A DNA stretch of 64,000 bases from an uncultured Gammaproteobacteria bacterium (GTDB lineage: Bacteria; Pseudomonadota; Gammaproteobacteria; Steroidobacterales; Steroidobacteraceae), in contig CAVPQN010000002.1 of the NCBI GenBank assembly GCA_963707565.1, positions 401,756 through 465,755 on the forward strand. Reading direction: 5' to 3'. Positions 17,608 to 29,682 of this stretch are shown here, in pieces. Each line of letters opens with the position of its first letter. Positions within the stretch are counted from its first letter, which is position 1. The notes under the pieces are model-generated. The model had not been told where the DNA came from, did no database searches, and saw only the letters and a list, made by a program, of their open reading frames with translations. The position numbers and the translations under genes were made by a program.

Positions 17608-18990
17608 TCAGCGATAGATAACGCCGGGCAACCAGGTGGCCAGGGCTGGCCAGAACCACAACAACACCAGCATCAGTAACTGGATGCCGATAAAAGGTAT
17701 CGCGCCGCGGTACAGGTCCGCCGTGGTGACTTCCGGCGGCGCCACGCCGCGCAGGTAGAACAAGGCGAAACCAAACGGTGGCGTCAGGAAGGAGGTCTGC
17801 AGGTTCACCGCGATCATCACGCCCAGCCACACCGGATCGAGGCCCATCGCCAGCAACACCGGCGCCACGATGGGCACGACGATGTAGGTGATCTCGATGA
17901 AGTCGATGATGAAGCCGAGCAGGAACATCGCCAGCATCACCAGCACCACTGCTCCCACCACGCCGCCAGGCAGGTCAGCCAGCAGGCCGTGCACCAGGTC
18001 GTCGCCACCCAGGCCACGAAACACCAGCGAGAACACCGAGGCGCCGATCAGGATCAGAAACACCATGGACGACAGGCGTACGGTGCCTTGCATGACTTCC
18101 CGCAGTCGTGCCAAAGGCAGTGCCCGGCGCAGCAGCGCCAGCAGCATGGCGCCCGCCGCACCGACCGCAGCGGCTTCGGTGGGCGTGGCGAATCCGCCGA
18201 TGATGGAGCCGAGCACAGCGAGGATCAGCAGCAGTGGCGCGACCAGCGCCCGAAGCAGGCGCAGGGCCATTGCTGCGCCCGCTTCCGTGGGTGTGCTGCT
18301 GGCGGCAGGCGCCGGCAGTCGTTGGGGCCGAAAGCGAGCAACCAACATGACGTAGGCGATGTAGAGCACCACCAGCAGCAGGCCCGGCAACATGGCGCCG
18401 GCAAACAGGTCACCCACCGAGACTGTTTCGGGAGCGAAATTGCCCTGGCTTAGTTGCGCCTGCTGGTAGGCCGACGACAACACATCACCCAGCAGCACCA
18501 GGATGATGGATGGGGGAATGACCTGGCCAAGCGTGCCGGCGGCACAAATCGTGCCGGTGGCAATGCGCGGATCGTAGCCCTGGCGCAGCATGGCTGGCAG
18601 CGACAACAAACCCATGGTGACCACCGTCGCGCCGACGATACCGGTACTGGCGGCGAGCAATGCGCCGACTACGATGACGGCGATGGCCAGCCCGCCGCGG
18701 CCGCGACCAAACAGCGTGCCCAGCGTTTCCAGCAGATCCTCGGCAATGCGCGCGCGTTCCAGCACCAGGCCCATGAAGATGAACAGCGGCACCGCGATCA
18801 GCGTCTGATTCTGCATGGTGCCGAAGATCCGGCTGGGCAGGGCATCGAGGTAGCCGAGGTCAAAGGCGCCGAACAGCGAGCACAGGCCGGCGAAACCCAG
18901 CGACACGCCGGCCAGCGTGAACGCCACCGGAAATCCCGCCAGTAGCGCGGCGATGATCAGCAGGAACAGCATTAGGCCCAGCCACTCCAT
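17608..18990 (-). CDS. TRAP transporter large permease (DctM-type)
   Basis: 460-aa polytopic protein from the ATG at 18990 (MEWLGLMLFLL...). The longer track ORF would overlap the small-permease gene. Confidence 0.9.
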   Translation of the reverse strand: MEWLGLMLFLLIIAALLAGFPVAFTLAGVSLGFAGLCSLFGAFDLGYLDALPSRIFGTMQNQTLIAVPLFIFMGLVLERARIAEDLLETLGTLFGRGRGGLAIAVIVVGALLAASTGIVGATVVTMGLLSLPAMLRQGYDPRIATGTICAAGTLGQVIPPSIILVLLGDVLSSAYQQAQLSQGNFAPETVSVGDLFAGAMLPGLLLVVLYIAYVMLVARFRPQRLPAPAASSTPTEAGAAMALRLLRALVAPLLLILAVLGSIIGGFATPTEAAAVGAAGAMLLALLRRALPLARLREVMQGTVRLSSMVFLILIGASVFSLVFRGLGGDDLVHGLLADLPGGVVGAVVLVMLAMFLLGFIIDFIEITYIVVPIVAPVLLAMGLDPVWLGVMIAVNLQTSFLTPPFGFALFYLRGVAPPEVTTADLYRGAIPFIGIQLLMLVLLWFWPALATWLPGVIYR

Positions 18991-18992
18991 GC

Positions 18993-19493
18993 TCAGTCGC
19001 CCCGCAGGCGCGCCGTGGCGCGCAATACAGTGGCGACGGCCTGCAAGGCCAGCAGCCCGGCCATCAGCGGGATCATGGACTTCAGGATGTACAAGCCCTG
19101 CAGCCCGTCGGCCTCGCGCGAGCGCTCGGCAAGTTGCCAGGACAAATCTACATAGGGCCAGCTCTTCCAGGCCAGGAAGACACACAGGGGCATCAGCAGG
19201 AGCAGCGCGCCGGCGAGATCCACCCAGGCCTGGCCGCGAGCGCTCATGCGCCGATAGAAGATATCCACGCGCACGTGGTCATCGCGCTTGAGTGTGTAGG
19301 CGGCGCCCAGCAGGAATACTGCGGCATGCATCCAGCTGACAGATTCCTGCAGCCAGATGTAGCCGAGGTCAAAGGCATAACGCAGCACCACCACGGCCGT
19401 GCCGGCAATGACCATGGCCAATGTCAGCCAGGCGATGGCACGACCGGTAAATTCGGCCAGCGCATCAATGGCGGCGATGATGCGAGCGCTCAA
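18993..19493 (-). CDS. TRAP transporter small permease (DctQ-type)
   Basis: 166 aa with four TM helices, directly upstream of the large permease. Confidence 0.85.
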   Translation of the reverse strand: MSARIIAAIDALAEFTGRAIAWLTLAMVIAGTAVVVLRYAFDLGYIWLQESVSWMHAAVFLLGAAYTLKRDDHVRVDIFYRRMSARGQAWVDLAGALLLLMPLCVFLAWKSWPYVDLSWQLAERSREADGLQGLYILKSMIPLMAGLLALQAVATVLRATARLRGD

Positions 19494-19813
19494 TTTCCAG
19501 GTTCGCGCTCTAGGCGGCGCAGGAACACGCCCATCTCGCGGGCTGCCTGCACATCGCCGTTGGCTTCAGCTGCGGTAATGCCGGCGCGGTAGACCTCAAT
19601 TGCGCGATCTGTGGATCCGGCATCAGCGTGCGCCGCGCCAAGCGCTTTCCACGCGGCTGAGTAACGTGGGTCCTGGGCCACGGCCTGGCGCAGGTGATCG
19701 ATCGCACCCACCAGGTCGCCTTCCTTGAGGCAGGTGGTGCCGAGCGAATAGCGCAGCAGCGGAGAATCCTGGCCACGCGCCAGCATCAATTCCAGGCTGG
19801 CGCGCAGCGCCAT
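19490..19813 (-). CDS. Small TPR-repeat protein
   Basis: About 107 aa with TPR-like helical repeats (LRYSLGTTCLKEGDLVGAIDHLRQAVAQDPRYSAAWKALGAAH). The start ATG shares one base with the trkH TGA stop (TGATG). Confidence 0.5.
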   Translation of the reverse strand: MALRASLELMLARGQDSPLLRYSLGTTCLKEGDLVGAIDHLRQAVAQDPRYSAAWKALGAAHADAGSTDRAIEVYRAGITAAEANGDVQAAREMGVFLRRLEREPGN

Positions 19814-21264
19814 CAGTTGCGCCAGAACGCCGGGGTCAGCAGCAGGACCAGCGTGAAGATCTCGAGGCGTCCGGCAATCATGGCGACAATACAGACCCAC
19901 TTGCCGAAGGTTGGCAGGTTCTGGAAGTGGGCGGCCACTTCACCGAGTGCCGGGCCGACGTTGTTCAGTGATGAGGCAATGGCCGACCAGGCCGTCACCT
20001 GGTCAACGCCCACCACCATCAGCATCATCATCATGACGCCGAAGACGATGAAGTAGATGGCGAAGAACCCGGCCACGCCGGTGATGACCTGCTGTGGCAT
20101 GGGCCGGCCGCCCACGCGTACTGGCAGCACGGCGTTGGGGTGCACCAGGCGACGCAACTCAACCAGCGCCTGCTTGAACACTAGCAGCCAGCGAATCACC
20201 TTCATGCCGCCGGTGGTGGATCCGGCACAGCCGCCGATGAAGGCAATCAACATCAGCAGTACTGGCATGGCGCCAGGCCAGTCGACAAAAGCGGTGGTCA
20301 CAAAGCCGGTTCCCGTCAGCAGCGACACGACCTGGAAGGCGGCATGGCGGAAAGATTCCGCGGGCCCGGCATAGGTGCCAGCGACCAGCAGGTAGAAAGT
20401 GGCCACGATGATGGTGGCCACCACCAGCCAGAAGTAGGCTTGGAATTCGGGCTCACGCCAGTACAGCGCCAGGTTGCCCTTGCGCAGGAAGGTGAAATGC
20501 AGGGCGAAACTGGCACCGCCCAGGAACATGAACACCGTGGCGATCATGTCCAGGCCGTAGTTATTGAAGTAGGCAAAGCTGGCATCGTGTGGCGAGAAGC
20601 CGGCGGTGGCGATGGTGGAGAAGGAATGTGCGATGGCGTCAAAGGCGTCCATGCCCGCAAGGTAGTAACAGCCGGCACAGACTGCTGTCAGCAACACATA
20701 GACCGCCCACAGCGCCTTGGCGGTCTGCGCGATGCGAGGCGTCAGTTTCTGGTCCTTCACCGGGCCGGGAGTCTCGGCGCGATAGAGCTGCATGCCGCCA
20801 ATGCCCAGCATGGGCAGCAGCGCAACGGCCAGCACGATGATGCCGATGCCGCCGAGCCACTGAATCTGCTGGCGGTAGTAGAGGATGGAGCGCGGCAGTG
20901 CATCAAGGCCAGTGATCACCGTGGCGCCCGTGGTGGTGACGCCGGACACGGCCTCGAACACCGCATCGGTGAAGTTCATGGCCGGCGCCTCGGTCAACAA
21001 CAGCGGCACGGCGCCCGCCAGACCCAGGCAGACCCAGAACAGGGCAACGATCAGGAAGCCGTCACGCAGGCGCAGGTCGCGGCGCTGGGACCTTGCCGGC
21101 AGCCACAACAGCAGGCCCGTTGCCGCGATGATGGCGAAGGAGGCGACAAAGACATCGGCTTGCCCGTCGCCATAGCCCAGCGCCACCAGTGCTGGCGGCA
21201 GCATGGTCACGCTGAACAGCGTGAGCATCAGGCCGAGGATCCGCTGGATCATCCGCGGGCTCAT
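19813..21264 (-). CDS. trkH: Trk-system potassium uptake protein TrkH
   Basis: 483-aa polytopic protein with TrkH-type repeated M1-P-M2 units. Adjacent to trkA. Confidence 0.9.
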   Translation of the reverse strand: MSPRMIQRILGLMLTLFSVTMLPPALVALGYGDGQADVFVASFAIIAATGLLLWLPARSQRRDLRLRDGFLIVALFWVCLGLAGAVPLLLTEAPAMNFTDAVFEAVSGVTTTGATVITGLDALPRSILYYRQQIQWLGGIGIIVLAVALLPMLGIGGMQLYRAETPGPVKDQKLTPRIAQTAKALWAVYVLLTAVCAGCYYLAGMDAFDAIAHSFSTIATAGFSPHDASFAYFNNYGLDMIATVFMFLGGASFALHFTFLRKGNLALYWREPEFQAYFWLVVATIIVATFYLLVAGTYAGPAESFRHAAFQVVSLLTGTGFVTTAFVDWPGAMPVLLMLIAFIGGCAGSTTGGMKVIRWLLVFKQALVELRRLVHPNAVLPVRVGGRPMPQQVITGVAGFFAIYFIVFGVMMMMLMVVGVDQVTAWSAIASSLNNVGPALGEVAAHFQNLPTFGKWVCIVAMIAGRLEIFTLVLLLTPAFWRN

Positions 21265-21276
21265 GGCAGGGGCCGC

Positions 21277-22653
21277 TCAACCAAGGCCGGAGCCGGGCTG
21301 GAACAGGCGGCCGACCGCCTCGATCTGGCGGCGGTCGGTCAGGAACAGGATGACATGGTCATCTTCCTGGATAACCGTATCGTGGTGCGCCATCAGCACT
21401 TCCTCGCCGCGCACGATGGCGCTGATGGTCGTGCCCTCAGGCAACTTGATCTGGTCGACCTGCCGACCGACTACGTTTGAATCGTGGCTGTCACCATGGG
21501 CGATGGCCTCCATCGCCTCGGCGGCGCCGCGGCGCAGGGAATGCACCCGCACCACGTCGCCGCGGCGCACATGGGCCAGCAGCTCACCAATGGTGATGGT
21601 CTGCGGCGATATGGCCACGTCGATGGTGCCGCCCTCGATCAGCTCGGCATAGGAGGGTCGGTTGATCAGTGCCATGGCGCGGTGGGCGCCCAGGCGCTTG
21701 GCCAGCATGGCCGAGAGGATGTTGGCCTCGTCCGAATTGGTCAGCGAGACGAAGACATCGGTGTCGTCTATGTTCTCCTCGAGCAGCAGCTCCTCGTCGG
21801 CGGCATCACCGGTCAGCACCAGCGTATTGCTCAGCGCTTCGGCCGCCCGGCGCGCCTGTGCGCCGTCACGCTCGATCAGCTTCACTTCGGAGCGATCCTC
21901 GAGTGCTGCGGCCAGGCGCCTGCCGATATTGCCGGCGCCGGCGATGACCACGCGGCGATTGGGCGCCTCCTCGGTACGCAGCTCCTTCATCATTGCCTTG
22001 ATGTCGTCATGGGCGGCAATGAAGAACACCTCGTCACCGTCCTCGATGATGGTGTCCCCCTCGGGCTTGATGCTGCGGCCGCTGCGGTAAATGGCGGCAA
22101 CGCGCACGTCCTGCTTGGGGATGTGGTCGCGCAACTCGCGCAGCTGGTGGCCCACCAGCTGGCCACCGCGCAGGGCGCGCATGCCGACCAGGCGCACGCG
22201 GCCATCGGCAAAGTCGAGCACCTGCAGGGCGCCCGGATTGCGGATCAGCCGCTCAATGTGGTCGGTGACCAGTTGTTCGGGACTGATCGGCACGTCCACC
22301 GGAATGGCGCCCTCGCCGAACAGCTTGTCGCGGCGGGTATAGGCACCGGCGCGAACGCGCGCGATCTTGGTGGGCGTGCGAAACAGGGTCCAGGCAATCT
22401 GGCAGGCGATCATGTTGACTTCGTCGCTGTTGGTCAGCGCGACAATCAGGTCAGCGCCTGCGCAGCCTGCGGCTTCGAGAGTCGCCGGATGGGCGGCATT
22501 GCCGGAGACCGTGCGCACATCAAGCCGATCCTGCAGGTCCCGCAGCACGTCCTCGCGGGTGTCAACGATGGTGACGTCATTGGCCTGCTCACGTGCGAGC
22601 TGCTGTGCGGCCGTGCGGCCCACTTGTCCGGCACCTAGTATGAGGATCTTCAA
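21277..22653 (-). CDS. trkA: Trk-system potassium uptake protein TrkA
   Basis: 458 aa. Two Rossmann folds (KILILGAGQVG, RVVIAGAGNIG), each followed by an RCK_C domain. Confidence 0.95.
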   Translation of the reverse strand: MKILILGAGQVGRTAAQQLAREQANDVTIVDTREDVLRDLQDRLDVRTVSGNAAHPATLEAAGCAGADLIVALTNSDEVNMIACQIAWTLFRTPTKIARVRAGAYTRRDKLFGEGAIPVDVPISPEQLVTDHIERLIRNPGALQVLDFADGRVRLVGMRALRGGQLVGHQLRELRDHIPKQDVRVAAIYRSGRSIKPEGDTIIEDGDEVFFIAAHDDIKAMMKELRTEEAPNRRVVIAGAGNIGRRLAAALEDRSEVKLIERDGAQARRAAEALSNTLVLTGDAADEELLLEENIDDTDVFVSLTNSDEANILSAMLAKRLGAHRAMALINRPSYAELIEGGTIDVAISPQTITIGELLAHVRRGDVVRVHSLRRGAAEAMEAIAHGDSHDSNVVGRQVDQIKLPEGTTISAIVRGEEVLMAHHDTVIQEDDHVILFLTDRRQIEAVGRLFQPGSGLG

Positions 22654-22733
22654 TTCACAACCCGCCCTGGCGGAATGGCCGCCATGAGACCTGCGTGGCG
22701 CCCGATTCTAGCGCAAGCCGGGTCGGCACCGGC

Positions 22734-24932
22734 TTACAGCTGCTCCAGGCGGGCATAGGCGTACATCAGCCATTTCTGTCCGACGCGCTCAAAATTGACC
22801 TGCACCTGGCGGTGATCGCCATTGCCCTCGAAGCGCAACACGGTGCCGTCACCAAACTTGGCATGCCTGACCCGGGCCCCCAGGCGTATCGGGTTGTCCT
22901 CGCCGGCGACCGGACGATTGCGCGTTCCGGGCCGTTCGACCGGGGCGCTTGCGGCGCGCGCCGTGGCGCGGCCTGGTGAGTACACGGGCCGCGAAACCTG
23001 CAGGCGCGGCCGCACTTCCTCGGTGGCGCCTTCGGGGATCTCGGCGAGGAAGCGCGAGGGGTCGCGATGCTCGGTGCGCCCATAGATGCGCCGGCTCTCG
23101 GCATGGGTCAGGTACAGGCGGCGCATGGCGCGGGTGATGCCGACGTAACACAGGCGGCGCTCCTCCGGCAGCTTCTCGGCATCAAACGCCGAACGCTCGG
23201 AGGGAAACAGGCCCTCCTCCATGCCGACCAGGAACACGGTAGCGAATTCCAGGCCCTTGGCCGAGTGCAGGGTCATCAACTGCACGGCATCGTGGCCCTC
23301 GGCGGCCTGGGTCTCGCCGGACTCCAGCGTGGCGTGGGCAAGGAAATTGGCCAGCGGCGGCAGGCCGTCGTCTTCCTCCGGCGCAAAGCCTTCCGCGGCA
23401 TTGACCAGTTCGTCGAGGTTTTCCACCCGCGCCTCGCCCTTGTCATCCTTCTGCCGTGCGTGATGGTCACGCAGGCCCGAGGATTCAATGACGATGCGCA
23501 CCTGTTCATGCAGCTCGAGGCCGGCGATGGCCTGGCTCATCTGGCCGATCAGGTCGATGAAACCCTGCAGCGCGTTCTGTGCCCGGGTGGGCAGGCGCGG
23601 CAGCAGCGCCTGTGCGGCAGCCCACATGGTCATGCCGCCCTGGCGGGCGGCGACACGCATCTGCTCCAGCGTGGCGTTGCCGATGCCACGGGTGGGCAGG
23701 TTGACGACGCGCTCGAAGGACAGGTCGTCGGCCGGGTTCTGCACCAGGCGCAGGTAGGCCAGCGCGTCCTTGATCTCCGCGCGCTCGAAGAAGCGCAGGC
23801 CCCCGTACACGCGATACGGGATACGGTGCGCCATCAGCACTTCCTCGAAGCCGCGTGACTGGGCATTCGAGCGGTACAGGATGGCGGCATCGGCCAGCGC
23901 CAGGCCGCCGCGCTGGTGTTCACGAATCCGCTCGATGACAAAGTCTGCCTCGTCACGCTCGTTGAAGGCCGAATAGATGCGGATCGGCTCGCCGCCAGCG
24001 GCGGCCGTCCACAACTCCTTGCCCATGCGGTCACGGTTCTGCGCGATCACGGCATTGGCTGCACCGAGGATCACGGCGGTGGAGCGGTAATTCTGTTCCA
24101 GCTTGAAGACCGTGGCGCCAAAGTCGCGACGGAAGTGCTGCATGTTCTCCACCCGCGCCCCGCGCCAGCGATAGATCGACTGGTCATCGTCCCCCACCAC
24201 GAAGGGCGTGCCGGACTTGCCGCACAGCAACTTAAGCCAGTCGTACTGGATGCCGTTGGTGTCCTGGAACTCATCCACCAGCAGGTGGCGAAAGCGGTCG
24301 CGGTAGAACTCGGCGAGCTGCGGCTGGTCACGGATCACCTCGAAGCTGCGCAGCAGCAATTCGGCGAAGTCCAGCACGCCGGCCTGTTCGCAGCGGCGCT
24401 GGTACAGGTCATAGAGCTTGATCAGCTGGCGCCGGGTCGGGTCGTCGCGATCCGACAGGTGCTTGGCACGGCGGCCCTCATCCTTGTTCTGGTTGATGAA
24501 TCCAGACACCTCGCGCGGCACCCAGCGCTGCTCATCAAGACTCTGTTCACGCAGGATCTTCTTGATCAATCGCTGCTGGTCGTCATCGTCGAGGATCTGG
24601 AAGTGCTGCTGCAGCCCGGCTTCGCGCCAATGGCGTCGCAGCAGGCGATGCGCGATGCCGTGGAAAGTGCCGACCCACAGTGACTGGCCCGGCAGGTCGA
24701 GCAATTGCTCGATGCGCCCGCGCATTTCCGCGGCCGCCTTGTTGGTGAAGGTCACCGCCAGCAAGCCCTGTGGTGAGACGCCTTCCTCGGTGATCAGCCA
24801 GGCCACGCGGTGGGTCAGCACCCGCGTCTTGCCGCTGCCTGCGCCGGCGAGCACCAGGGCGGGCGCCAGCGGCGCCGACACGGCGGCGCGCTGTGCCTCG
24901 TTGAGGGGATCGAGCAGGGGATGGGGCGTCAT
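22734..24932 (-). CDS. uvrD: DNA helicase II (UvrD)
   Basis: SF1 helicase motifs AGAGSGKT, TFTNKAAAEM, LVDEFQDTN, VGDDDQSIYRWRGA. UvrD-type C-terminal tail HAKFGDGTV. Confidence 0.85.
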   Translation of the reverse strand: MTPHPLLDPLNEAQRAAVSAPLAPALVLAGAGSGKTRVLTHRVAWLITEEGVSPQGLLAVTFTNKAAAEMRGRIEQLLDLPGQSLWVGTFHGIAHRLLRRHWREAGLQQHFQILDDDDQQRLIKKILREQSLDEQRWVPREVSGFINQNKDEGRRAKHLSDRDDPTRRQLIKLYDLYQRRCEQAGVLDFAELLLRSFEVIRDQPQLAEFYRDRFRHLLVDEFQDTNGIQYDWLKLLCGKSGTPFVVGDDDQSIYRWRGARVENMQHFRRDFGATVFKLEQNYRSTAVILGAANAVIAQNRDRMGKELWTAAAGGEPIRIYSAFNERDEADFVIERIREHQRGGLALADAAILYRSNAQSRGFEEVLMAHRIPYRVYGGLRFFERAEIKDALAYLRLVQNPADDLSFERVVNLPTRGIGNATLEQMRVAARQGGMTMWAAAQALLPRLPTRAQNALQGFIDLIGQMSQAIAGLELHEQVRIVIESSGLRDHHARQKDDKGEARVENLDELVNAAEGFAPEEDDGLPPLANFLAHATLESGETQAAEGHDAVQLMTLHSAKGLEFATVFLVGMEEGLFPSERSAFDAEKLPEERRLCYVGITRAMRRLYLTHAESRRIYGRTEHRDPSRFLAEIPEGATEEVRPRLQVSRPVYSPGRATARAASAPVERPGTRNRPVAGEDNPIRLGARVRHAKFGDGTVLRFEGNGDHRQVQVNFERVGQKWLMYAYARLEQL

Positions 24933-24982
24933 GGGGCGCGCATTCTAGCAACGCGCCCCGCGCCTTGCCGGGAAGCTGGGCG

Positions 24983-25399
24983 CTACAGCGCGGCGCGGAC
25001 CCGTTCTGCATTCCTGGCCAGATCCGCGGGATCGGCCGTGTCGCGCGAGTGCATGCCCAAATCATGGCCGTGGTAGCGCGGTATCACGTGGAAATGCAGG
25101 TGAAACACGGTCTGGCCGGCCGCTGCGCCATTCAACTGGGCGATCATGATGCCCGGCGGCGAGAAGGCCTTCTTCACCGCGCGGGCCACGCGCTGGGTGG
25201 TCTGGATCGAAGCCGCCAGCGACCCGGCCGGAAGCGAAAAAATATCCTCAGCCATGGCCTTGGGCACAACCAGGGTGTGGCCCTCGGCCTGCGGCATGAT
25301 GTCCATGAAGGCAATGGTGTGCTCGTCTTCGAACACCTTGTGGCAGGGAATCTCGCCACGCAGGATGCGGGCGAAGATGTTGCTGTCGTCATAAGTCAT
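24983..25399 (-). CDS. HIT-family nucleotide hydrolase/transferase
   Basis: Histidine-triad motif HLHFHVIP, 138 aa. Confidence 0.9.
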   Translation of the reverse strand: MTYDDSNIFARILRGEIPCHKVFEDEHTIAFMDIMPQAEGHTLVVPKAMAEDIFSLPAGSLAASIQTTQRVARAVKKAFSPPGIMIAQLNGAAAGQTVFHLHFHVIPRYHGHDLGMHSRDTADPADLARNAERVRAAL

Positions 25400-25408
25400 G
25401 GTGACACC

Positions 25409-26352
25409 TCAGGGCCGCAATTCGACGGAGATCAGGCAATGATCGGGCCAGCGACCCTTGTCAGGGTAGGGCCAGGCTCGCCAGGAATCCTGCATCAGTG
25501 CTCGAGCCAGGCCGCGACTGAGCACGATGTGGTCAATGGCAGTGCGCGCACGCGCGTCCGGGATGCAGGCAAAGGGCCGGTGGGGATCGCCAGCATTGGT
25601 GAGGTCGGCCTCTGCCGGGCTGCCATCGTCAATTTCGGCCCACAGCTCAATGGTCTTGCCGCGCGCATCGCGGGCGCTGCCGGTCTCGCGGTCGAAGCGA
25701 CGATTGAAGTCGCCGAGGACCGCGAAATATTTCCCCTCACGTGCGCGCTGGTCAATCCAGCGCTCCAGCAGCGGCACCTGGTCCTGCAGCATGTGGCAGT
25801 CGCGGCGCCGTTCGCTGAGTGGATCATGGTGGCAACCCGACTTGAGGTGTACCGTCAGCAGCCTTGTTTCGCGACGCTGGCCCGGGAACAGGGTCAGGTC
25901 GGCGCCCCAGCGGACATCGCCGCCGCGCAGGCCCAGCGCGCGATAGTCCGCGTTACAGCGATGGCTGATACCGCGGCGGATGGCAAAGCCCACGTTCTGC
26001 ACATGGCTCCTGCGGGTAAAGCAGAAGTCGTAGCCGGGAAAAATTCGAGCGGCGGCCTCGGCGCCGTCCACTTCCTGCAATGCGATGACATCAAGATCGA
26101 CCTCGGCGGCAAAATCACGCAGTCGGCGCAGCTCGCCAGTACCCCAGCGCGCCTTGGGTACCAGGTCGCAATACAGGGCCCGGTCGCTGCCCTTCGCCCG
26201 CTGGCCCTGTGCCAGGCAATGTGGCGCCAGTGCATCGAAGGTCTCCGGCGTCATCAGCCATTGCATGTTCCAGGTGCCAAGTCGCAGCGTCTCTGGTGTT
26301 GCCGACGCCATGCCGGCCACCACCAAGCCCAGGGCGAGTGCGGGCAGAACGA

Positions 26353-26356
<4 letters not shown>
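25409..26356 (-). CDS. Secreted endonuclease/exonuclease/phosphatase (EEP) family protein
   Basis: EEP blocks [33 protein letters not shown]. The GTG start at 26356 overlaps the acs stop (GTGA) and yields a signal-like N-terminus. The start is uncertain. Confidence 0.7.
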
Positions 26357-28299
<1,943 letters not shown>

Positions 28300-28393
28300 G
28301 CGGGTCTCCCTGACTGGGGCTCGGCGAATTGACCCCTATTCTAGCCGCCATGTGCGCGCTGCGGCATGTCTGCGGCAAGCCCTTACCGCCGAT

Positions 28394-28407
28394 TTGATAC
28401 ACGTCAA
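28394..28407. promoter_or_regulatory. FNR/CRP-family-like palindrome TTGAT-ACAC-GTCAA in the acs / OMP divergent region
   Basis: 9 of 10 match to TTGAT-N4-ATCAA. Lies 67 nt upstream of the OMP ATG and about 95 nt upstream of the acs ATG. Confidence 0.35.
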
Positions 28408-28473
28408 CGTTGCGTTCAGCACGCGGCGTAACGTGGGCGCGGTATTCAGGACTCATCTAACTGGAGCAGAGTA

Positions 28474-29682
28474 ATGATTCGTGTAGCAAGCTGCGTCGCC
28501 GCCATTCTGGTTGCGGCATCACCGGCATCAGCCGACAGCCTGGATACCCTCATCAGTGGCGGCAAGGCGGGCCTCGACCTGCGTTATCGCTTCGAACAGG
28601 TGGACCAGGACCCCATGGCGCAAGACGCCAATGCCAACACCCTGCGACTGCGCCTGAACCTGGCCACCGGCACGGTGAATGGCTTCTCTGGATTTGCCGA
28701 ATTCGACCACCTGCAGGTGATTGGCAGCGAGGACTACAACAGCACGCGAAATGGCAGGACCGCGTACCCGACGGTCGCCGATCCGGAAGGCACGGACCTC
28801 AACCAGGCCTATGTGCAGTTCAAGAACGACACCACCCAGGTGCGCCTGGGTCGGCAGCGCATCCGCATGGACGGTGAGCGCTTCATCGGCGCCGTGGGCT
28901 GGCGCCAGAACGAGCAGACCTATGACGCCTTCCTGGTCGAGAGCAGCGCCCTGACCGGGGCGAAGATCACCTACGGCTTTATTGACACGGTGCGCCGCGT
29001 ATTCGGCCCAGACAGCGGCAACCCGTCGGCGACCTTTGACAGCAACAGCCACTTCATCAATGTGCAGCTGACCAAGTTGCCGGTCGGCACGCTGACCTTC
29101 TACGACTACTACCTGGACTTTGATAATGCCGCAAACCTGTCCAGCAACACCTGGGGCCTGCGTTACAACGGCAGCCACAAGCTGGCGGAGAAGACCAGCC
29201 TGAACTGGGGACTGGAATACGCACAGCAGCAGGATGCCGCGGACAGCGTCGCCAATGTTGACGCTGACTACACGCAGATCGAGCTTGGCCTCAAGCACGG
29301 CGCCTTCGGGGTCGTCATCGGCCGCGAGACGCTCAGTGGGGAAAGCGGCACGTTTGCCGTGAACCCGGCCTTCCAGACCCCCCTGGCGACCGGCCACAAA
29401 TGGCAGGGCTGGGCCGACAAGTTCCTGACCACGCCCAGTGGCGGCATCGAGGATATCTATGTGGGTGTCAGCGGCAGCTTGGGCGGCTTCAACGCCCAGG
29501 CTGTGTGGCACGACTTCACCGCCGAGGCCACCAGCCAGGACTACGGCAGCGAATTGAACCTGTCGATTTCACGCAAGTTCGCCAAGCGCTACGAAGTGCT
29601 GCTGAAGTTCGCCGACTATTCCGCGGACGGCATGTTCACGGATACCCAGAAGTTCTGGTTGCAGCTGGGCGCGAGCTTCTAG
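28474..29682 (+). CDS. Outer-membrane beta-barrel protein (alginate-export / porin-like family)
   Basis: Signal peptide ending ASA-DS. The N-terminal block GLDLRYRFEQVDQ...NTLRLRLNL and FIGAVGWRQNEQTYDAF are typical of the Alginate_exp family. Alternating strands and a C-terminal Phe (LQLGASF). Confidence 0.6.
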   Translation: MIRVASCVAAILVAASPASADSLDTLISGGKAGLDLRYRFEQVDQDPMAQDANANTLRLRLNLATGTVNGFSGFAEFDHLQVIGSEDYNSTRNGRTAYPTVADPEGTDLNQAYVQFKNDTTQVRLGRQRIRMDGERFIGAVGWRQNEQTYDAFLVESSALTGAKITYGFIDTVRRVFGPDSGNPSATFDSNSHFINVQLTKLPVGTLTFYDYYLDFDNAANLSSNTWGLRYNGSHKLAEKTSLNWGLEYAQQQDAADSVANVDADYTQIELGLKHGAFGVVIGRETLSGESGTFAVNPAFQTPLATGHKWQGWADKFLTTPSGGIEDIYVGVSGSLGGFNAQAVWHDFTAEATSQDYGSELNLSISRKFAKRYEVLLKFADYSADGMFTDTQKFWLQLGASF

